A stretch of 64,000 nucleotides of DNA from Thermoproteota archaeon (GTDB lineage Archaea; Korarchaeota; Korarchaeia; Korarchaeales; JAOZGB01). The notes below the pieces were generated by a model. It made no database searches, was not told where the DNA came from, and saw nothing but the letters and a program-made list of their open reading frames with translations. Shown here one piece after another: positions 1 to 10,297 of the stretch; the stretch's first letter is position 1, and each line of letters starts with the position of its first letter. The translations under genes and the position numbers were made by a program. The stretch is from positions 32,001 to 96,000 of the forward strand of contig JAVCBU010000006.1 in NCBI GenBank assembly GCA_037917685.1, given 5' to 3'.

Positions 1-1
1 A

Positions 2-183
2 CCTGGTGGAAGTCTGCCATTTATAGACCAAGAACTTTTCATGATACTTGCTATACTGCTTTCAAACCCGTTCTTAAAGCTAAGTTTAAGGCAGATAGCC
101 TTTATCCTCGCGATAACTCCTGTCCTCCACCTTGTTTCAAATGCGGTAGCTTTTTTAATTGGATTGAAGGAAGTCCCATATTG
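2..183 (+). CDS. carS: CDP-archaeol synthase, 3' end (partial, runs off window start)
   Basis: Frame 2 reads PGGSLPFIDQELF...ITPVLHLVSNAVAFLIGLKEVPY*, matching the CarS C-terminal pattern P..DQ.DF...TP.LH...N..A...GLK.VPW; not in ORF track. Confidence 0.8.
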
Positions 184-194
184 AGGAGACGCCA

Positions 195-1124
195 TTGCAA
201 GAACATGAGTTATCACTCCTCGGCCTTAAGAGGAGAATAATCGAAAAGCTTGTCAGGGCAGGATTTGCGACGGTTGAGGACTTATTGTATCATAGTAGTA
301 GGGAGATAATGGATAAAACAGGTTTGCCCAAGAAAGTAGTTGATGACATCTTAAGTAGGGCTGCTGTGATCGCTGATTCAGGGTTTAAGACAGCATATGA
401 AATGCTGATTACTGGTAGGACAAAGATAACTACCGGCTGTAAAAACCTTGATAAACTCCTCAAGGGGGGCATTGAGGTTGGAAACATCACTGAGGTATTT
501 GGTGAGCACGGATCTGGAAAGAGCCAGTTTGCCATGCAACTATCAGTAATGGTTCAACTCCCACCAAGAGATGGAGGCTTAGGGAAGAAGGCTATCTACA
601 TAGATACAGAAGGGTCTTTTTCTCCCAACAGAATTAGAGCGATAGCTGGATCCAGGGGGTTAGATCCTAACGTAGTTCTTAGCAGAATAATTTATAAAAG
701 GGTATCAAGCGTGTTTGAGCTGTTACATAGCATAAGAAAGGCTGCTAAACTAGTTAGGGATTATGATGCCGGCATATTGATAGTAGACTCTTTAACCGCG
801 CCCTTTAGGCTGGAGTATCAAGGGCTTGCTGAACTTGCTGAAAGACAGCAAAAAATCGAGAGTGCACTAATGAAGCTTGCAAGGATAGCATCATACGAAG
901 AAATAGCGGTATTAATAACAAATCAAGTTGTTGAATCGCCAGGATCAAGAAAAACGGATATTGGTTCGGTGGGCGGCCATGTTATAGCACACGTTTCTAA
1001 TCTTAGGATCCTATTTAGGAAAGGAGTGGAAGATAAGAGGATAGCCATGATAGAAGACTCTTCATTTATACCTTTAGGAGAGACTATATTTGTTATAAAA
1101 GATATAGGAATAACTGATCCTTGA
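195..1124 (+). CDS. radA: RadA/Rad51-family recombinase (divergent, possibly a paralog)
   Basis: N-terminal HhH domain, FKTA polymerisation motif, Walker A GEHGSGKSQ, YIDTEG, LIVDS, TNQV, GGHVIAH. Confidence 0.8.
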   Translation: MQEHELSLLGLKRRIIEKLVRAGFATVEDLLYHSSREIMDKTGLPKKVVDDILSRAAVIADSGFKTAYEMLITGRTKITTGCKNLDKLLKGGIEVGNITEVFGEHGSGKSQFAMQLSVMVQLPPRDGGLGKKAIYIDTEGSFSPNRIRAIAGSRGLDPNVVLSRIIYKRVSSVFELLHSIRKAAKLVRDYDAGILIVDSLTAPFRLEYQGLAELAERQQKIESALMKLARIASYEEIAVLITNQVVESPGSRKTDIGSVGGHVIAHVSNLRILFRKGVEDKRIAMIEDSSFIPLGETIFVIKDIGITDP

Positions 1125-2065
1125 GGTGCATTCGATTGAGTCTGTATGGGAGAGACTTGTTATCACTTCTTGAGTATGACTCAGGCGAAATTAGGTCGAT
1201 TGTAGACATAGCGTTAAAATTGAAAAAGGGTTTCTATCCTCCTTCGACCCTTAAAGGCAAGAACATCCTAGCTCTATTTGAAAAGCCGTCGACAAGAACA
1301 AGGATCTCTATGGAAGTTGCCACAGAAAGCTTAGGAGGGAACTTCATTTATATAGATAAAACTACAACCCAGCTAGCTAGAGGAGAAACTCTTAGAGACT
1401 TCGCCATAGTAACAAGCCGTTATGTAGACCTTATCGCCATTAGAGCTTACAATCATAACGACCTGATCGAGATTTCGAAATGGGCAGATGTTCCCGTTGT
1501 AAACATGTTAACAGACAAGTTCCATCCATTACAAGCTCTAGCTGATGTCATGACCATAATTGAAAGGAAGAAGGGAAAAGTAACAGTGGCGTTCTTAGGA
1601 GACGGCTCAGCAAATACATGCCACAGCCTAATGATCGCCTCAACAAAGATGGGATGGGAGTTCAGAGTTGGATGTCCAGAGGTCTTAAACCCCGACCAGG
1701 AAATATATGAAATGGCACAGAGGAGTGCAGATAAAAATGGTGGAACAATATTTGTAACCGAGGACCCGGTAGAGGCTGTAAAGAACGTAGACGTGGTTTA
1801 TACAGACACATGGTTTTCTATGGGTGTAAAAAGATCCGAAGAACGGATGAAATTGCTACGACCATATCAGGTTAACTCTAGGCTTCTCTCATACGCTAAC
1901 AAAGACGTTATGGTTATGCACTGTCTTCCATGGTATATTGGTGAGGAAATAACAAGCGAAGTTGCATATGGTCCTAAGTCTGTTGTCTGGGATCAGGCTG
2001 AAAATAGGCTTCATACAGCAAAGGCTGTACTACTACTTTTACTCACTCCAGGCTTAAAGGTTTAA
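1121..2065 (+). CDS. argF: Ornithine carbamoyltransferase
   Basis: FEKPSTRTR, HPLQALAD, YTDTWFSMG, HCLP, QAENRLH. Confidence 0.92.
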   Translation: MRCIRLSLYGRDLLSLLEYDSGEIRSIVDIALKLKKGFYPPSTLKGKNILALFEKPSTRTRISMEVATESLGGNFIYIDKTTTQLARGETLRDFAIVTSRYVDLIAIRAYNHNDLIEISKWADVPVVNMLTDKFHPLQALADVMTIIERKKGKVTVAFLGDGSANTCHSLMIASTKMGWEFRVGCPEVLNPDQEIYEMAQRSADKNGGTIFVTEDPVEAVKNVDVVYTDTWFSMGVKRSEERMKLLRPYQVNSRLLSYANKDVMVMHCLPWYIGEEITSEVAYGPKSVVWDQAENRLHTAKAVLLLLLTPGLKV

Positions 2066-2152
2066 CTTAATATCATCCGACAATTACGAAAACAAGTTAT
2101 GTTTATAATTCTACCCTGGATTTAACCTAGAAAACATCGCTAGGGGTTAACG

Positions 2153-3262
2153 TTGAAGTCAGTAATTAAGGATGTTATTAGAAGTAGGCCTATACCGGAG
2201 GCTAAACTAGGCGAAACTGAGGCAGATAGAGAGCTTAGGGAAATATGGGAGAAAGCTAGGATAAAGATAAAAGTAATCGGAGTTGGAGGGGCAGGAAGCA
2301 ACACTGTAACGAGGTTCATGCAGTTTAACGTTGAAGGCGTTGAAACCCTAGCTGTGAACACCGATGTACAGCACCTGCTTTTAACCAAGGCAAACGATAA
2401 ACTTCTTATTGGTAAAACCCTCTGTGGAGGGATCGGTGCTGGAGGAGATTACGTAATAGGGGAAGAAGCGGCAAAGGAAAGCCTTGACGATATCAAGAAG
2501 AAAGTCGAAGGAACGGATTTGGTATTCATAACTTGCGGACTTGGTGGGGGGACAGGTACCGGAGCATCGCACATAATCGCCCGTGTGGCACGAGAGCAAG
2601 GTGCTCTAGTGATCGCCCTCGCAACATTGCCGTTTACAGTTGAAGGCAAAGCTAGGAGGGAAGCAGCCATATGGGGCTTAGAGAGACTTTCAAAAGTTAC
2701 CGACACTCTAATAATCATACCAAATGACAAAATATTGGAGATAGCAAGAGAACTACCATTAAGCCAAGCGTTCCTTGTGAGTGATGAAATCCTAGCTAGG
2801 GCAATACAGGGAATCGCTGAAATGCTACTAAAACCTGGACTAATCAACGTAGACTTTGCAGATCTGAGAACAGTTATAGAAGGTGGCGGGCCAGCATTAA
2901 TCTCGTTCGGTGAGTCAGACTCCAACACCAGAGCCTCAGATGCCGTGAGGGATGCCCTTAACAACCCACTATTGGATGTAGATATTTCTGGAGCTAGAGG
3001 AGCCCTAATAAATATATCATGCGGCCCAGATATATCCTTAGAAGAAGTTGAAGAAGTCGTTGAGAGTATAGTGGGAGAGCTAGACCCAGATGCGGTTACC
3101 ATATGGGGGGCAAGAATAAAGGAAGAACTTAAAGGAATGATTCAAGTATTACTAATAGTAGTGGGGGTTACATCACCCTACATCGTAGGCTATGAATCCG
3201 AAATCGAGGGAGAAATTAAAGGAACCGAGGGTGCTGATGTAACAGGCATCGAGGAAATCTAG
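2153..3262 (+). CDS. ftsZ: Cell division protein FtsZ (FtsZ1-type context)
   Basis: GVGGAGSN, GGGTGTG tubulin signature, NVDFADL; immediately upstream of secE-spt5. Confidence 0.96.
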   Translation: MKSVIKDVIRSRPIPEAKLGETEADRELREIWEKARIKIKVIGVGGAGSNTVTRFMQFNVEGVETLAVNTDVQHLLLTKANDKLLIGKTLCGGIGAGGDYVIGEEAAKESLDDIKKKVEGTDLVFITCGLGGGTGTGASHIIARVAREQGALVIALATLPFTVEGKARREAAIWGLERLSKVTDTLIIIPNDKILEIARELPLSQAFLVSDEILARAIQGIAEMLLKPGLINVDFADLRTVIEGGGPALISFGESDSNTRASDAVRDALNNPLLDVDISGARGALINISCGPDISLEEVEEVVESIVGELDPDAVTIWGARIKEELKGMIQVLLIVVGVTSPYIVGYESEIEGEIKGTEGADVTGIEEI

Positions 3263-3271
3263 GTGTTACAT

Positions 3272-3448
3272 ATGGGCATAAAATCAACGATCAGGGATTG
3301 CATTAGAACGTTAAGAGTGGCGAGGAAACCTACCAGAGAGTCTTTACTCATCAGCCTAAAGGTAACTCTACTTGGATTCTTCTTAGTTGGATTCATAGGA
3401 TTCGTTATAAAATCTGTAGTATACATACTGACTAAGTATGGACCGTAA
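3272..3448 (+). CDS. secE: Protein translocase SecE/Sec61-gamma
   Basis: RTLRVARKPTREE-like motif plus one TM helix; conserved position; ATG 3272 follows AGGTG. Confidence 0.9.
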   Translation: MGIKSTIRDCIRTLRVARKPTRESLLISLKVTLLGFFLVGFIGFVIKSVVYILTKYGP

Positions 3449-3948
3449 TGGCGGTTCAAATGGAAGACAGGACGAAAACTTTCTTCTTCGTAGTCAAAGT
3501 ACCTGCAGGCCAAGAGGCGAATATTGCGTTCTTGTTAAGGAGACGTGCTAAAGAGGAGGGGATAAGAGTAAAGTCTATTTTAGGATTTGACAAGCTTAAG
3601 GGCTTCTTATTTGTAGAAGCAGAGCATGTATATCAAGTTAGAAAACTCATAAGTAGAATCCCAAGAGTTAGAATGCCACTTGGCGTAGGCCCAGCGAAGG
3701 AAGAAGACATCGTTAACTACATAACGAGAATACCTGAAAAGCTGAAACTCAAACCCGGAGATATAGTCAAGATATCCGACGGGCTATTCAAAGGTGCATT
3801 AGCTAAAGTTAAGTCGGTGGATGAAGAACGTGGAATGGTTTCAGTTGAATTGATGGATACGGAGAGCAGATGGGACTTGTCAGTAGGGATAGACCATGTC
3901 AAACTTGAAAAGAGGGGTGAAGAGGTTGGGGAAGAAAAAGGAGGTTAA
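3448..3948 (+). CDS. spt5: Transcription elongation factor Spt5/NusG
   Basis: NGN domain (GQE, KGFLFVEA) and KOW motif PGDIVKISDGLFKG. Confidence 0.92.
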   Translation: MAVQMEDRTKTFFFVVKVPAGQEANIAFLLRRRAKEEGIRVKSILGFDKLKGFLFVEAEHVYQVRKLISRIPRVRMPLGVGPAKEEDIVNYITRIPEKLKLKPGDIVKISDGLFKGALAKVKSVDEERGMVSVELMDTESRWDLSVGIDHVKLEKRGEEVGEEKGG

Positions 3949-4414
3949 AGTCTTAATCGAAGGGGGTAAAGCCACCCCAGGGCCACCCCTAGGTCCAGCA
4001 CTTGGTCCATACGGGGTTAGAATGGATCTTGTTGTGGCTGAGATAAATAAGAAGACAAAGGAATATGCAGGGATGAAGGTACCGGTAGTAGTAATCGTAG
4101 ACATTGAAACACGTGATTTCGAAGTGAAAGTCGGGGTTCCCCCGACTTCAGCTCTCATACTTAGAGAGCTAAAAGCCGAAAAAGGATCAGGAGCCCCAGG
4201 TCAAGAAAAAAGTGGGGACATATCATTCGAGACCGTGTTGAAGATAGCTAAGATAAAGATGGAACAATCGACAGCTTACAAGTTGAAATCTGTAGTGAAA
4301 GAGATCCTAGGAACATGCAAGAGCATGGGAGTTACCGTTGAAGGCATGGACCCCAAAGAAGTAATAAGGAAAGTTGATAATGGAGAATACAATGGCAAGT
4401 TAAGGGGTGAATAA
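3926..4414 (+). CDS. rpl11: 50S ribosomal protein uL11
   Basis: GGKATPGPPLGPALGP, GTCKSMGVTVEG; probable TTG start at 3926. Confidence 0.95.
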   Translation: MGKKKEVKVLIEGGKATPGPPLGPALGPYGVRMDLVVAEINKKTKEYAGMKVPVVVIVDIETRDFEVKVGVPPTSALILRELKAEKGSGAPGQEKSGDISFETVLKIAKIKMEQSTAYKLKSVVKEILGTCKSMGVTVEGMDPKEVIRKVDNGEYNGKLRGE

Positions 4415-4416
4415 AA

Positions 4417-5085
4417 GTGTCCAGCATTTTCAAAGACGACGAGCTTACAAAAGCTATAGAGAAGGTAAAAGCTAAAAGCCCGGAAAGAAGATTTAAAGAA
4501 TCTATAGATCTAACCATAGTTTTCAGAGGATTAGATCTTAAAAGAGACACCTCAAAAAGGCTTTCAGACAAGTTAGAACTACCACACCAGTTCAGCCCTG
4601 CTAAAAAGGTTTGCATAATAGGGTCTGCAGGCTTTGCATATAAAGCAAAGGAAGCCGGTGCAGATAAAATAATCACCCCTGAGGAGTTGAAAGAACTATC
4701 TAAGAACAAGAGATTACTGAAAAAATTAGCAAAGGAGTATGATCATTTTATCGCGCAAGCTGACTTAGTGCCAACCATAGCTAGAATTCTTGGACCAATT
4801 CTTGGTCCTAGAGGTAAGATTCCTACCCCCGTGCCTATAGCTGCAACCAATCTTGAAAGTATTGTTAACAAAATGAGAAAGAGTGTAACATTAAGAATGA
4901 GGAATCTCCCTGTATTACATGTCAAAGTCGGAAGCCGAGATATGGATACTAAAAAGATAGCTGAAAATATTAAAACTGTTTTAGATTATTTAGACAAGAA
5001 ATATGGAGGTTTAAGGAAATACTTTGAAAAAGCATATCTTAAAACTACGATGGGACCACCAGTCACAATAGGTGAACGAGAATGA
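4417..5085 (+). CDS. rpl1: 50S ribosomal protein uL1
   Basis: RRFKESIDL, LGPRGKIP, KTTMGPP. Confidence 0.95.
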   Translation: MSSIFKDDELTKAIEKVKAKSPERRFKESIDLTIVFRGLDLKRDTSKRLSDKLELPHQFSPAKKVCIIGSAGFAYKAKEAGADKIITPEELKELSKNKRLLKKLAKEYDHFIAQADLVPTIARILGPILGPRGKIPTPVPIAATNLESIVNKMRKSVTLRMRNLPVLHVKVGSRDMDTKKIAENIKTVLDYLDKKYGGLRKYFEKAYLKTTMGPPVTIGERE

Positions 5086-5918
5086 GAAAAGAGGAGAAAG
5101 CGAAAATAATGGAACAGGTAATCAACGACATTAAATCCCATAAATACTCCTACTTCTGCGATTTCTACCGTTTACCAGCTAATGTTTTCCAAGCGATAAG
5201 AAGGGATCTTTCTGGACGTGCTAAGATATATGTTGCTAGAAAGAAGCTTGTGGAGCTTAGTCTCAGAAAAGCTGGATTAGACAATGTAGCAAAAAGACTA
5301 CCATCAAACATAGCATTACTATTCTCCGACATCCCACCCGGGGAAATGTGGAGAATCCTGAAGGATAGAGAAGTCGAATTATATGTTAAACGCGGGGAAG
5401 TTGCCCAAGATGACATCGTTATACCCGAAGGTCCAACGGAACTATCTCCTGGAAAGGCAAGAGAGATAAGATCTCTAGGAATAGAGACTGCAATAATCAA
5501 AGGGAAGCTAACAGTTAAAAAAGCAGCAACAGTTGTTAAAAAGGGAGAAAAGGTATCAAGAGTGATAGCCGGCTTACTTAGAGCCCTCGATATAAAACCA
5601 GTAAAGGCATGGCTTAGAATCTCTGTTGCAATGGACGATGAAGGGATCATATATACACCTGATGTTATGAGCCTCACCCCGGACGATATTAAACAGCGGG
5701 TGATGGACGCGTTTGAAAGGGCTTTCAGGATCTCATACAACATCAGGATTGTAAACAAGTACACCCTCCCGATAATGCTTTCGGAAGCTTCGCTGAAGGG
5801 TAGAATGCTGGGAATACAGATAGGATTTCCAGCTAACGAAATACTACCGGATCTAATAGGTCTTGCCCGAATAAGAGCTATGGCACTCAAATCGATGGTG
5901 GAAGGTCAAGCGGGATAA
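5082..5918 (+). CDS. rplP0: 50S ribosomal protein uL10 (P0)
   Basis: DIVIPEGPT insertion domain, LDIKP, three C-terminal P1-binding-like helices; operon position. Confidence 0.88.
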   Translation: MRKEEKAKIMEQVINDIKSHKYSYFCDFYRLPANVFQAIRRDLSGRAKIYVARKKLVELSLRKAGLDNVAKRLPSNIALLFSDIPPGEMWRILKDREVELYVKRGEVAQDDIVIPEGPTELSPGKAREIRSLGIETAIIKGKLTVKKAATVVKKGEKVSRVIAGLLRALDIKPVKAWLRISVAMDDEGIIYTPDVMSLTPDDIKQRVMDAFERAFRISYNIRIVNKYTLPIMLSEASLKGRMLGIQIGFPANEILPDLIGLARIRAMALKSMVEGQAG

Positions 5919-5960
5919 ACGTTTTAAGATAGGATGGTGTAGATTAGGAGAGGGAAGACT

Positions 5961-6269
5961 ATGGGGATGGAGTACATATACGCAGCTCTTACACTTTACG
6001 AGTTGAAGCAACCGATAACCGAGGAAAACCTGGAAAAAATATTTGAAGCCTTAAATGTCGAACCGGATAAAGCAATGATAAAACATCTGGTCGAAAGCCT
6101 AAAAGAAGTCAACATAGAGGAAGCTATCAAAGCACCCATACCGATGGCTGCACCTGCAGCTGCACCTCCAGCACCAGAGGAGGAGAAGAAAGAGGAAGAA
6201 GAGAAGAAGGAGGAGAAGAAGGAGGAAGAAGAGGAAGCCATGGCTGGACTAAGTGCACTCTTCGGATGA
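5961..6269 (+). CDS. rpl12: 50S stalk protein P1 (aL12)
   Basis: MEYIYAAL start, Ala/Pro hinge, acidic tail ending GLSALFG. Confidence 0.95.
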   Translation: MGMEYIYAALTLYELKQPITEENLEKIFEALNVEPDKAMIKHLVESLKEVNIEEAIKAPIPMAAPAAAPPAPEEEKKEEEEKKEEKKEEEEEAMAGLSALFG

Positions 6270-6275
6270 GCAAAG

Positions 6276-8999
6276 TTGATTCAAAAAATTGAAGATGAAC
6301 TGAGAATCGACTACCTATTAGAAAGAGGATACATAAGGAAGAAATGTAAGATCTGCGGTGAACACTTTTGGACCGTTGACCCGGACAGAAATACCTGTGG
6401 AGAAGCACCATGCGAACCATACCAGTTTATAGGAACCGGGCTGGATAGAAAGTTCGGATGTGACGAACTACGAGAAAGGTATCTTCGCTTTTTTGAACAT
6501 AGAGGGCACAAAAGGATTAATAGATATCCCGTTGTAGCTAAATGGAGGGAAGATCTCTTCTTAACCGATGCATCTATAATAGACTTTCAGCCGTATGTCA
6601 CGGAGGGCCTTATTCCCCCACCTGCCAACCCGCTGACAATTTCACAGGTATGTATAAGGCTGAAGGACATAGATAAGGTTGGATTAACGCTGGGCAGGCA
6701 CTTAACGATATTTGAAATGATGGCTCACCATGCATTTAATAGACCTAACCGAGAGATATATTGGAAAAACGAGACTGTTAAGCTTCATCATGAGTTTGCT
6801 ATGGAAGTTCTCGGGGTAAAAGACGAGGACATAATATATAAGGAAGGAATCTGGGAGGGGGGAGGCAATGCTGGGCCTGACTTTGAGTGTATAATAAAGG
6901 GATTGGAAACTGCAACATTAGTTTTCATGTCTTATAAAGTGAAGAATGGAAATTATGAGAAATTACCTACGAGAACTGTAGATACCGGGTATGGTCTTGA
7001 AAGAATGGTATGGCTTTCAAATGGCAGCCCGACTGCTTTTCAACCTGTTTATCCAAATCAAATGGAGAAATTCAGGCAATTACTAGGAGTAAAGCTTCCC
7101 GACGAAAAACTCTTGAATGAATATTCAAAAATCTCAAGTTTAATGGTCAAAGTGGAGAGGGGTGTTTCATACCGAAGTATAAGGATGGAAGCTGCTAAGA
7201 TCCTAAATATCGATTGGGAAGAACTTGACAGGATCCTTACTCCTATAGAGAGGCTATTTGGACTTTTAGATCATACAAAAACCATAACTTTCATGTTAGC
7301 TGACGGTCTCATACCGTCTAACACTAATGAAGGTTATCTGGGTCGTTTGGTTATTAGGAGAGCTTTAAAACTTCTCAGACTCCTTGGGGCAAATGTAAAC
7401 CTATCAGACTTGGTTGATATCCAAATTAGATATTTGTCCGAATCATTTCCAGAGCTACGGGAAAGAAGAGATAGAATCCTAGAGATTGTAGATCTGGAGG
7501 AACGACGTTTCAAGCAAACAATAGATAAAGGAATCAGAATAATTGGGCGAATGATAAAAGAAGGGAGGAGAAAATTTACCCCTGAAGTACTTATTGAATT
7601 GTATGATACTTACGGCTTACCCCCGGAAATAGTTAGGGAAGTCGCATATTCAAAAGTAGACGTAGTGGTGCCTGATAACTTCTATGAACTTGTAGCCAAG
7701 AAGCACTACTCAACCCCTCCGACTATTCAGGAAGTAGTTCCTTTCGAGAAGGAAACAGCAAATATGCCACCTACAGAACCTTTATACTATGAGGACCCTT
7801 ATATAAGAGAGTTTAATGCAAGGATCTTGAAGATATTTGGAAAATATGTAGTATTGGATAAAACAGCTTTCTATCCCGAGGGGGGAGGTCAACCATCAGA
7901 CACAGGCACCTTAAAGTTTGAAAATAGTGAGACAAGGGTGGTCTCTGTTAAGAAATCTAAAGATGTAATTATCCACGAGGTTGAGGATACAAGATATCTA
8001 AAAGTTGGGATGGAAGTGAAGGGCTTTATAGATTGGGAGAAAAGATTATCCCTTATGCGCCACCACACCGGGACCCACATACTTCTAGAAGCTTGTAAAA
8101 GGGTTCTTGGCGATCACGTCAGACAGGCTGGTGCACAGAAGGGCCCCAGGGAAAGTAGGCTTGACATTGCTCACTACAAGCCTATTAGCGAAGAAGAACT
8201 TGTGAGAATAGAAGTGGAAGCAAATAGAGCGATAATGAGCAACTTACCAGTAATTACAAGGTGGGTTGATAGAGATAAGGCTGAAAGGGAATATGGATTT
8301 GACATATATCAAGGCGGCGTGGTCCCTGGGGTTAAGCTTAGAATAGTTGAAATTAAAAAATACAATATACAAGCATGCGGGGGAACACATGTTAGAAACA
8401 CCGGAGAAGTAGGGCCTATCAGAATCATACGAAGTAAGAGAATACAGGATGGAGTTGTTAGACTTGAGTTTGCCGCTGGTATTCCCGCACTCCAACTAAT
8501 AGAAAAAGAAAGGATGAAAGTTAGATCTATAGCTAGAAAGCTTGGTGTTGACTCTGAAAGAGTCGATGAAGCGGTATCTGAACTTCTGAAGAAGGAGAAA
8601 AGTCTCAAAAAACAAGTAGAAGAACTATACGAGACGTACAATGAGATTTTATCTAAGAAACTCCTTGAAAGCGCTGTTGAGATCGATGGCTTGAAGTTTA
8701 TCGTACACTCAGAAACTAAGGCCGAAAGGCCGATGTTAATCGACCTTGGTGGTAGGATAATAGAGATGAATCCTAACACCATCGTAGTACTTACTGGGGG
8801 AGGAGCACCTTTACCCTTAGTTGTGATGTTAGGTAGCTCTGTGAGAGAAAGAGGAGGCGACGCTGTAGAAATTATTCATTTAATAACGGGGGGAAGAGGG
8901 GGAGGAGACAAAAGACTGGCCCAAGGAGCTGTAAGTGAGGTAAACTTTGAAAAAATGAAAGAGATAATTCTTAAATATGTCAGAAAACTTAAGACTTGA
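6276..8999 (+). CDS. alaS: Alanine--tRNA ligase (archaeal type)
   Basis: ASIIDFQP, FEMMAHHAFN, VDTGYGLER, editing HTGTH/CGGTH, DHHA1 GRGGG. Confidence 0.97.
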   Translation: MIQKIEDELRIDYLLERGYIRKKCKICGEHFWTVDPDRNTCGEAPCEPYQFIGTGLDRKFGCDELRERYLRFFEHRGHKRINRYPVVAKWREDLFLTDASIIDFQPYVTEGLIPPPANPLTISQVCIRLKDIDKVGLTLGRHLTIFEMMAHHAFNRPNREIYWKNETVKLHHEFAMEVLGVKDEDIIYKEGIWEGGGNAGPDFECIIKGLETATLVFMSYKVKNGNYEKLPTRTVDTGYGLERMVWLSNGSPTAFQPVYPNQMEKFRQLLGVKLPDEKLLNEYSKISSLMVKVERGVSYRSIRMEAAKILNIDWEELDRILTPIERLFGLLDHTKTITFMLADGLIPSNTNEGYLGRLVIRRALKLLRLLGANVNLSDLVDIQIRYLSESFPELRERRDRILEIVDLEERRFKQTIDKGIRIIGRMIKEGRRKFTPEVLIELYDTYGLPPEIVREVAYSKVDVVVPDNFYELVAKKHYSTPPTIQEVVPFEKETANMPPTEPLYYEDPYIREFNARILKIFGKYVVLDKTAFYPEGGGQPSDTGTLKFENSETRVVSVKKSKDVIIHEVEDTRYLKVGMEVKGFIDWEKRLSLMRHHTGTHILLEACKRVLGDHVRQAGAQKGPRESRLDIAHYKPISEEELVRIEVEANRAIMSNLPVITRWVDRDKAEREYGFDIYQGGVVPGVKLRIVEIKKYNIQACGGTHVRNTGEVGPIRIIRSKRIQDGVVRLEFAAGIPALQLIEKERMKVRSIARKLGVDSERVDEAVSELLKKEKSLKKQVEELYETYNEILSKKLLESAVEIDGLKFIVHSETKAERPMLIDLGGRIIEMNPNTIVVLTGGGAPLPLVVMLGSSVRERGGDAVEIIHLITGGRGGGDKRLAQGAVSEVNFEKMKEIILKYVRKLKT

Positions 9000-9666
9000 C
9001 ACCATCGGAAAAGCTATTAAAGATTACAAATATTTGATAGATAAAGGCTATAAGTGGAGGTCAGCCCTCAACCTTGTTACTGGAAGATATCTATTGAATA
9101 GGTCCGAAAGGGCATTTATATTTAGAGCCGTCCACCCTCATGAAGTAATACTCAACGTAAAACATAAGATTTTAAAGCCTGAAGAGATAAGTGGTTTACA
9201 ACTCGGAATTGATGGATTTAACGTTTTAATAACGCTTGAAACAATGGTAAAGAGAGAGCTGCTAATTAGATGTGATGATGAACTTCTGAGAGATCTGCAA
9301 GGGCTTTTCTTAAGGTATAAGATTTCCGAATATACGTATAGAGCTTTAGGATTGATAGAAGAGTTCATATCCGCGTTTAATCCATCGAGGACGTTTATGT
9401 ATCTTGACAGAAGAAAGAGTAAAAGCGGAGAACTCGCGCGTGTGATCAGGTTTTTAACAAAAAACATTTCTGTACACACCGTTGAAAAAGCCGATATTAA
9501 AGCTTCAGAATCAGAGGTAACAGCTACAAGTGACATAGTTTCCGCTACAAAGGCAGAAAAAATAGTAGACATCCCTAAATACTTCATATCACGTTATGTA
9601 AAAAACGCAGTGAAGCTTGAATACGATGGAAACATAATTGTCTTCAATTTCAATGTTATGGGGTAA
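8977..9666 (+). CDS. DUF434-family (NYN/PIN-like) protein
   Basis: YKYLIDKGY..SALNLVTGRYLL...R pattern and IDGFNVLITLE. Confidence 0.7.
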   Translation: MSENLRLDTIGKAIKDYKYLIDKGYKWRSALNLVTGRYLLNRSERAFIFRAVHPHEVILNVKHKILKPEEISGLQLGIDGFNVLITLETMVKRELLIRCDDELLRDLQGLFLRYKISEYTYRALGLIEEFISAFNPSRTFMYLDRRKSKSGELARVIRFLTKNISVHTVEKADIKASESEVTATSDIVSATKAEKIVDIPKYFISRYVKNAVKLEYDGNIIVFNFNVMG

Positions 9667-10297
9667 CGTACAGCTTTCCCAACATCATTAAAGCCAAATC
9701 TAGGTCAGAAACGCTATTTCCGTACTCATCTATTATTGGGACAGAGGATTCCACAAACTCTACAGGCATCTGGCTTAGCCATCTTATCATCATGCCTTCG
9801 GATCCTCCCGGCTTGATGATTGCAAGCCATAATATTCCTTCATCTCCCTTCCTTAAGCCTAGCACATAGGGCTTTGCAAGCGCTAGGGTGAGTCTATCAA
9901 TAGAAAGAGATAATCCGAAGTCAGACTTACCTTCAATTATTATCGAGTTGTTCCTGCAGACCACTATCCTGTTATGTCTACCTCCAGAGTGTGGCCCCCT
10001 AATCAGTATGTGAACCCTATAACTCAGCAGGAGCTCCCTCGATGTATTTTCTAAAATCGAAGACGAGAGGTTTGCCGGGCCTATTCTAGCCGCTGAAAAT
10101 ATGGCTGTATCTTCGCCGATCGTTAGACCTACCTGGAATAATAAAGTTTTGTTACCATATTCCAGCTCCTTACTACTATATAGCACTAAGATCTGTTGTT
10201 TCGGCTGTAAGCTGCTTCCTAGCAGGTACCACACAGCCACTAATATAGATATAAAGAAGAGAGACGCCAAAAACCCGTAAACTACTTTCCTACCCAA
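9656..10297 (-). CDS. Membrane-anchored surface protein with S-layer C-domain-like motif
   Basis: N-terminal TM; ILIRGP...IIIEG...LSIDRLTLAL resembles the LIGGP...VVAG motifs of the S-layer protein at 15148-17640. Confidence 0.5.
   Translation of the reverse strand: MGRKVVYGFLASLFFISILVAVWYLLGSSLQPKQQILVLYSSKELEYGNKTLLFQVGLTIGEDTAIFSAARIGPANLSSSILENTSRELLLSYRVHILIRGPHSGGRHNRIVVCRNNSIIIEGKSDFGLSLSIDRLTLALAKPYVLGLRKGDEGILWLAIIKPGGSEGMMIRWLSQMPVEFVESSVPIIDEYGNSVSDLDLALMMLGKLYVTP

Noticed and set aside
6170-6240. GAG/AAG low-complexity repeat
   Set aside because: Encodes the normal Glu/Lys tail of ribosomal protein P1
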